From Selaginella moellendorffii (Eukaryota; Plantae; Lycopodiophyta), in assembly GCF_000143415.4 (NCBI RefSeq), contig NW_003314307.1, positions 754,859 to 818,858 on the forward strand: a DNA stretch of 64,000 nucleotides, in the 5' to 3' direction. A program made the position numbers and the translations under genes. Positions 63,320-64,000 of the stretch are shown here, piece by piece; positions within the stretch are counted from its first letter, which is position 1, and each line of letters opens with the position of its first letter. Under the pieces are notes generated by a model. That model was given only the letters and a program-made list of their open reading frames with translations. It ran no database searches and was not told the origin of the DNA.

Positions 63320-64000
63320 TTAGCAAAGAAACAAAAATGCTAATCTTTTCTCTTCACCATTCTAATACTCATTCTTGGAGATTCTGGCATCTTTTGTTGC
63401 ATTTCAAGAGCCTTTTGAGTGATGAGCTTTGGAAAGACCACCATCTCCAGTAGGTTTCTATAGGCAAGCATCTGCATCTGCAGGCAACCATGAAGAATGT
63501 TACTAATGCTTATAATAATAATAATAGTATTCACAAGAGGGGGACGAAAAGAGAGTGTTATTCAATAGGATGAGTAAAGCAATTGGTAAAACCAACACAA
63601 TATAAATTAATTGGTATGATCTTCAGTAGCAATCAAATTGTATAAACACTAATATTATTTGGTATTTTGGTTTGCTAGTAAACATATTTAGCTACATAAT
63701 TGTATAGCTAAAAGTCTTTTAAACTGAGTAACTTTTTTTTCTTACAAAATTTCAAAATTGGAAACATCACCTTTACATTCTTTCAAAGTTTAAATGCATT
63801 TGCTTTTGGTCTCTCATAGCCTCTGAACAAACAAATAGAGATATTGGGCACACTTGATCAATTCAAAAAAACTAATTATTAAAAGCTTACTAGGTGATGG
63901 ATTTGTTTCAAGGTGGCCTCTCTTCATTCCTTGTATTCTAAGCATGTTGCCTACCTGGATATTGCATAAAAACCAAAGTAATGCCTTTAGAACTTGTAAG

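Overview
Eukaryotic land-plant nuclear DNA. Very short introns (~50-65 nt), compact genes and many PLS/E-class PPR sequences suggest the lycophyte Selaginella (inference). A gene-rich core (14-42 kb) holds an intact PLS-E PPR gene, an RsgA GTPase pseudogene, an interrupted TPR gene, an ALOG/LSH transcription factor, plastid MsrA, a DEAH-box RNA helicase with dsRBD, an R3H-SUZ protein and an XTH. An oleosin sits at 54 kb. Both flanks are transposon graveyards: a 96-bp GC-rich tandem array, a decayed Mutator/SWIM transposase, a full-length decayed Helitron, Ty3/Gypsy remnants, TRIMs, solo-LTR-like insertions, several PPR pseudogenes, orphan gene fragments and a tRNA-Ala pseudogene. The most striking observation is a ~0.6-kb non-autonomous LTR element whose ~195-bp LTRs carry the 5S rRNA internal Pol III promoter (Cassandra-like). 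It occurs twice, and these two small copies received three independent TG...CA insertions with 5-bp target duplications, all 55-180 nt upstream of the 5S box A. This hints at Pol III promoter-directed integration. Also notable are a chain of overlapping uORFs ahead of the R3H gene and a 55-bp gap between the helicase stop and the MsrA start.
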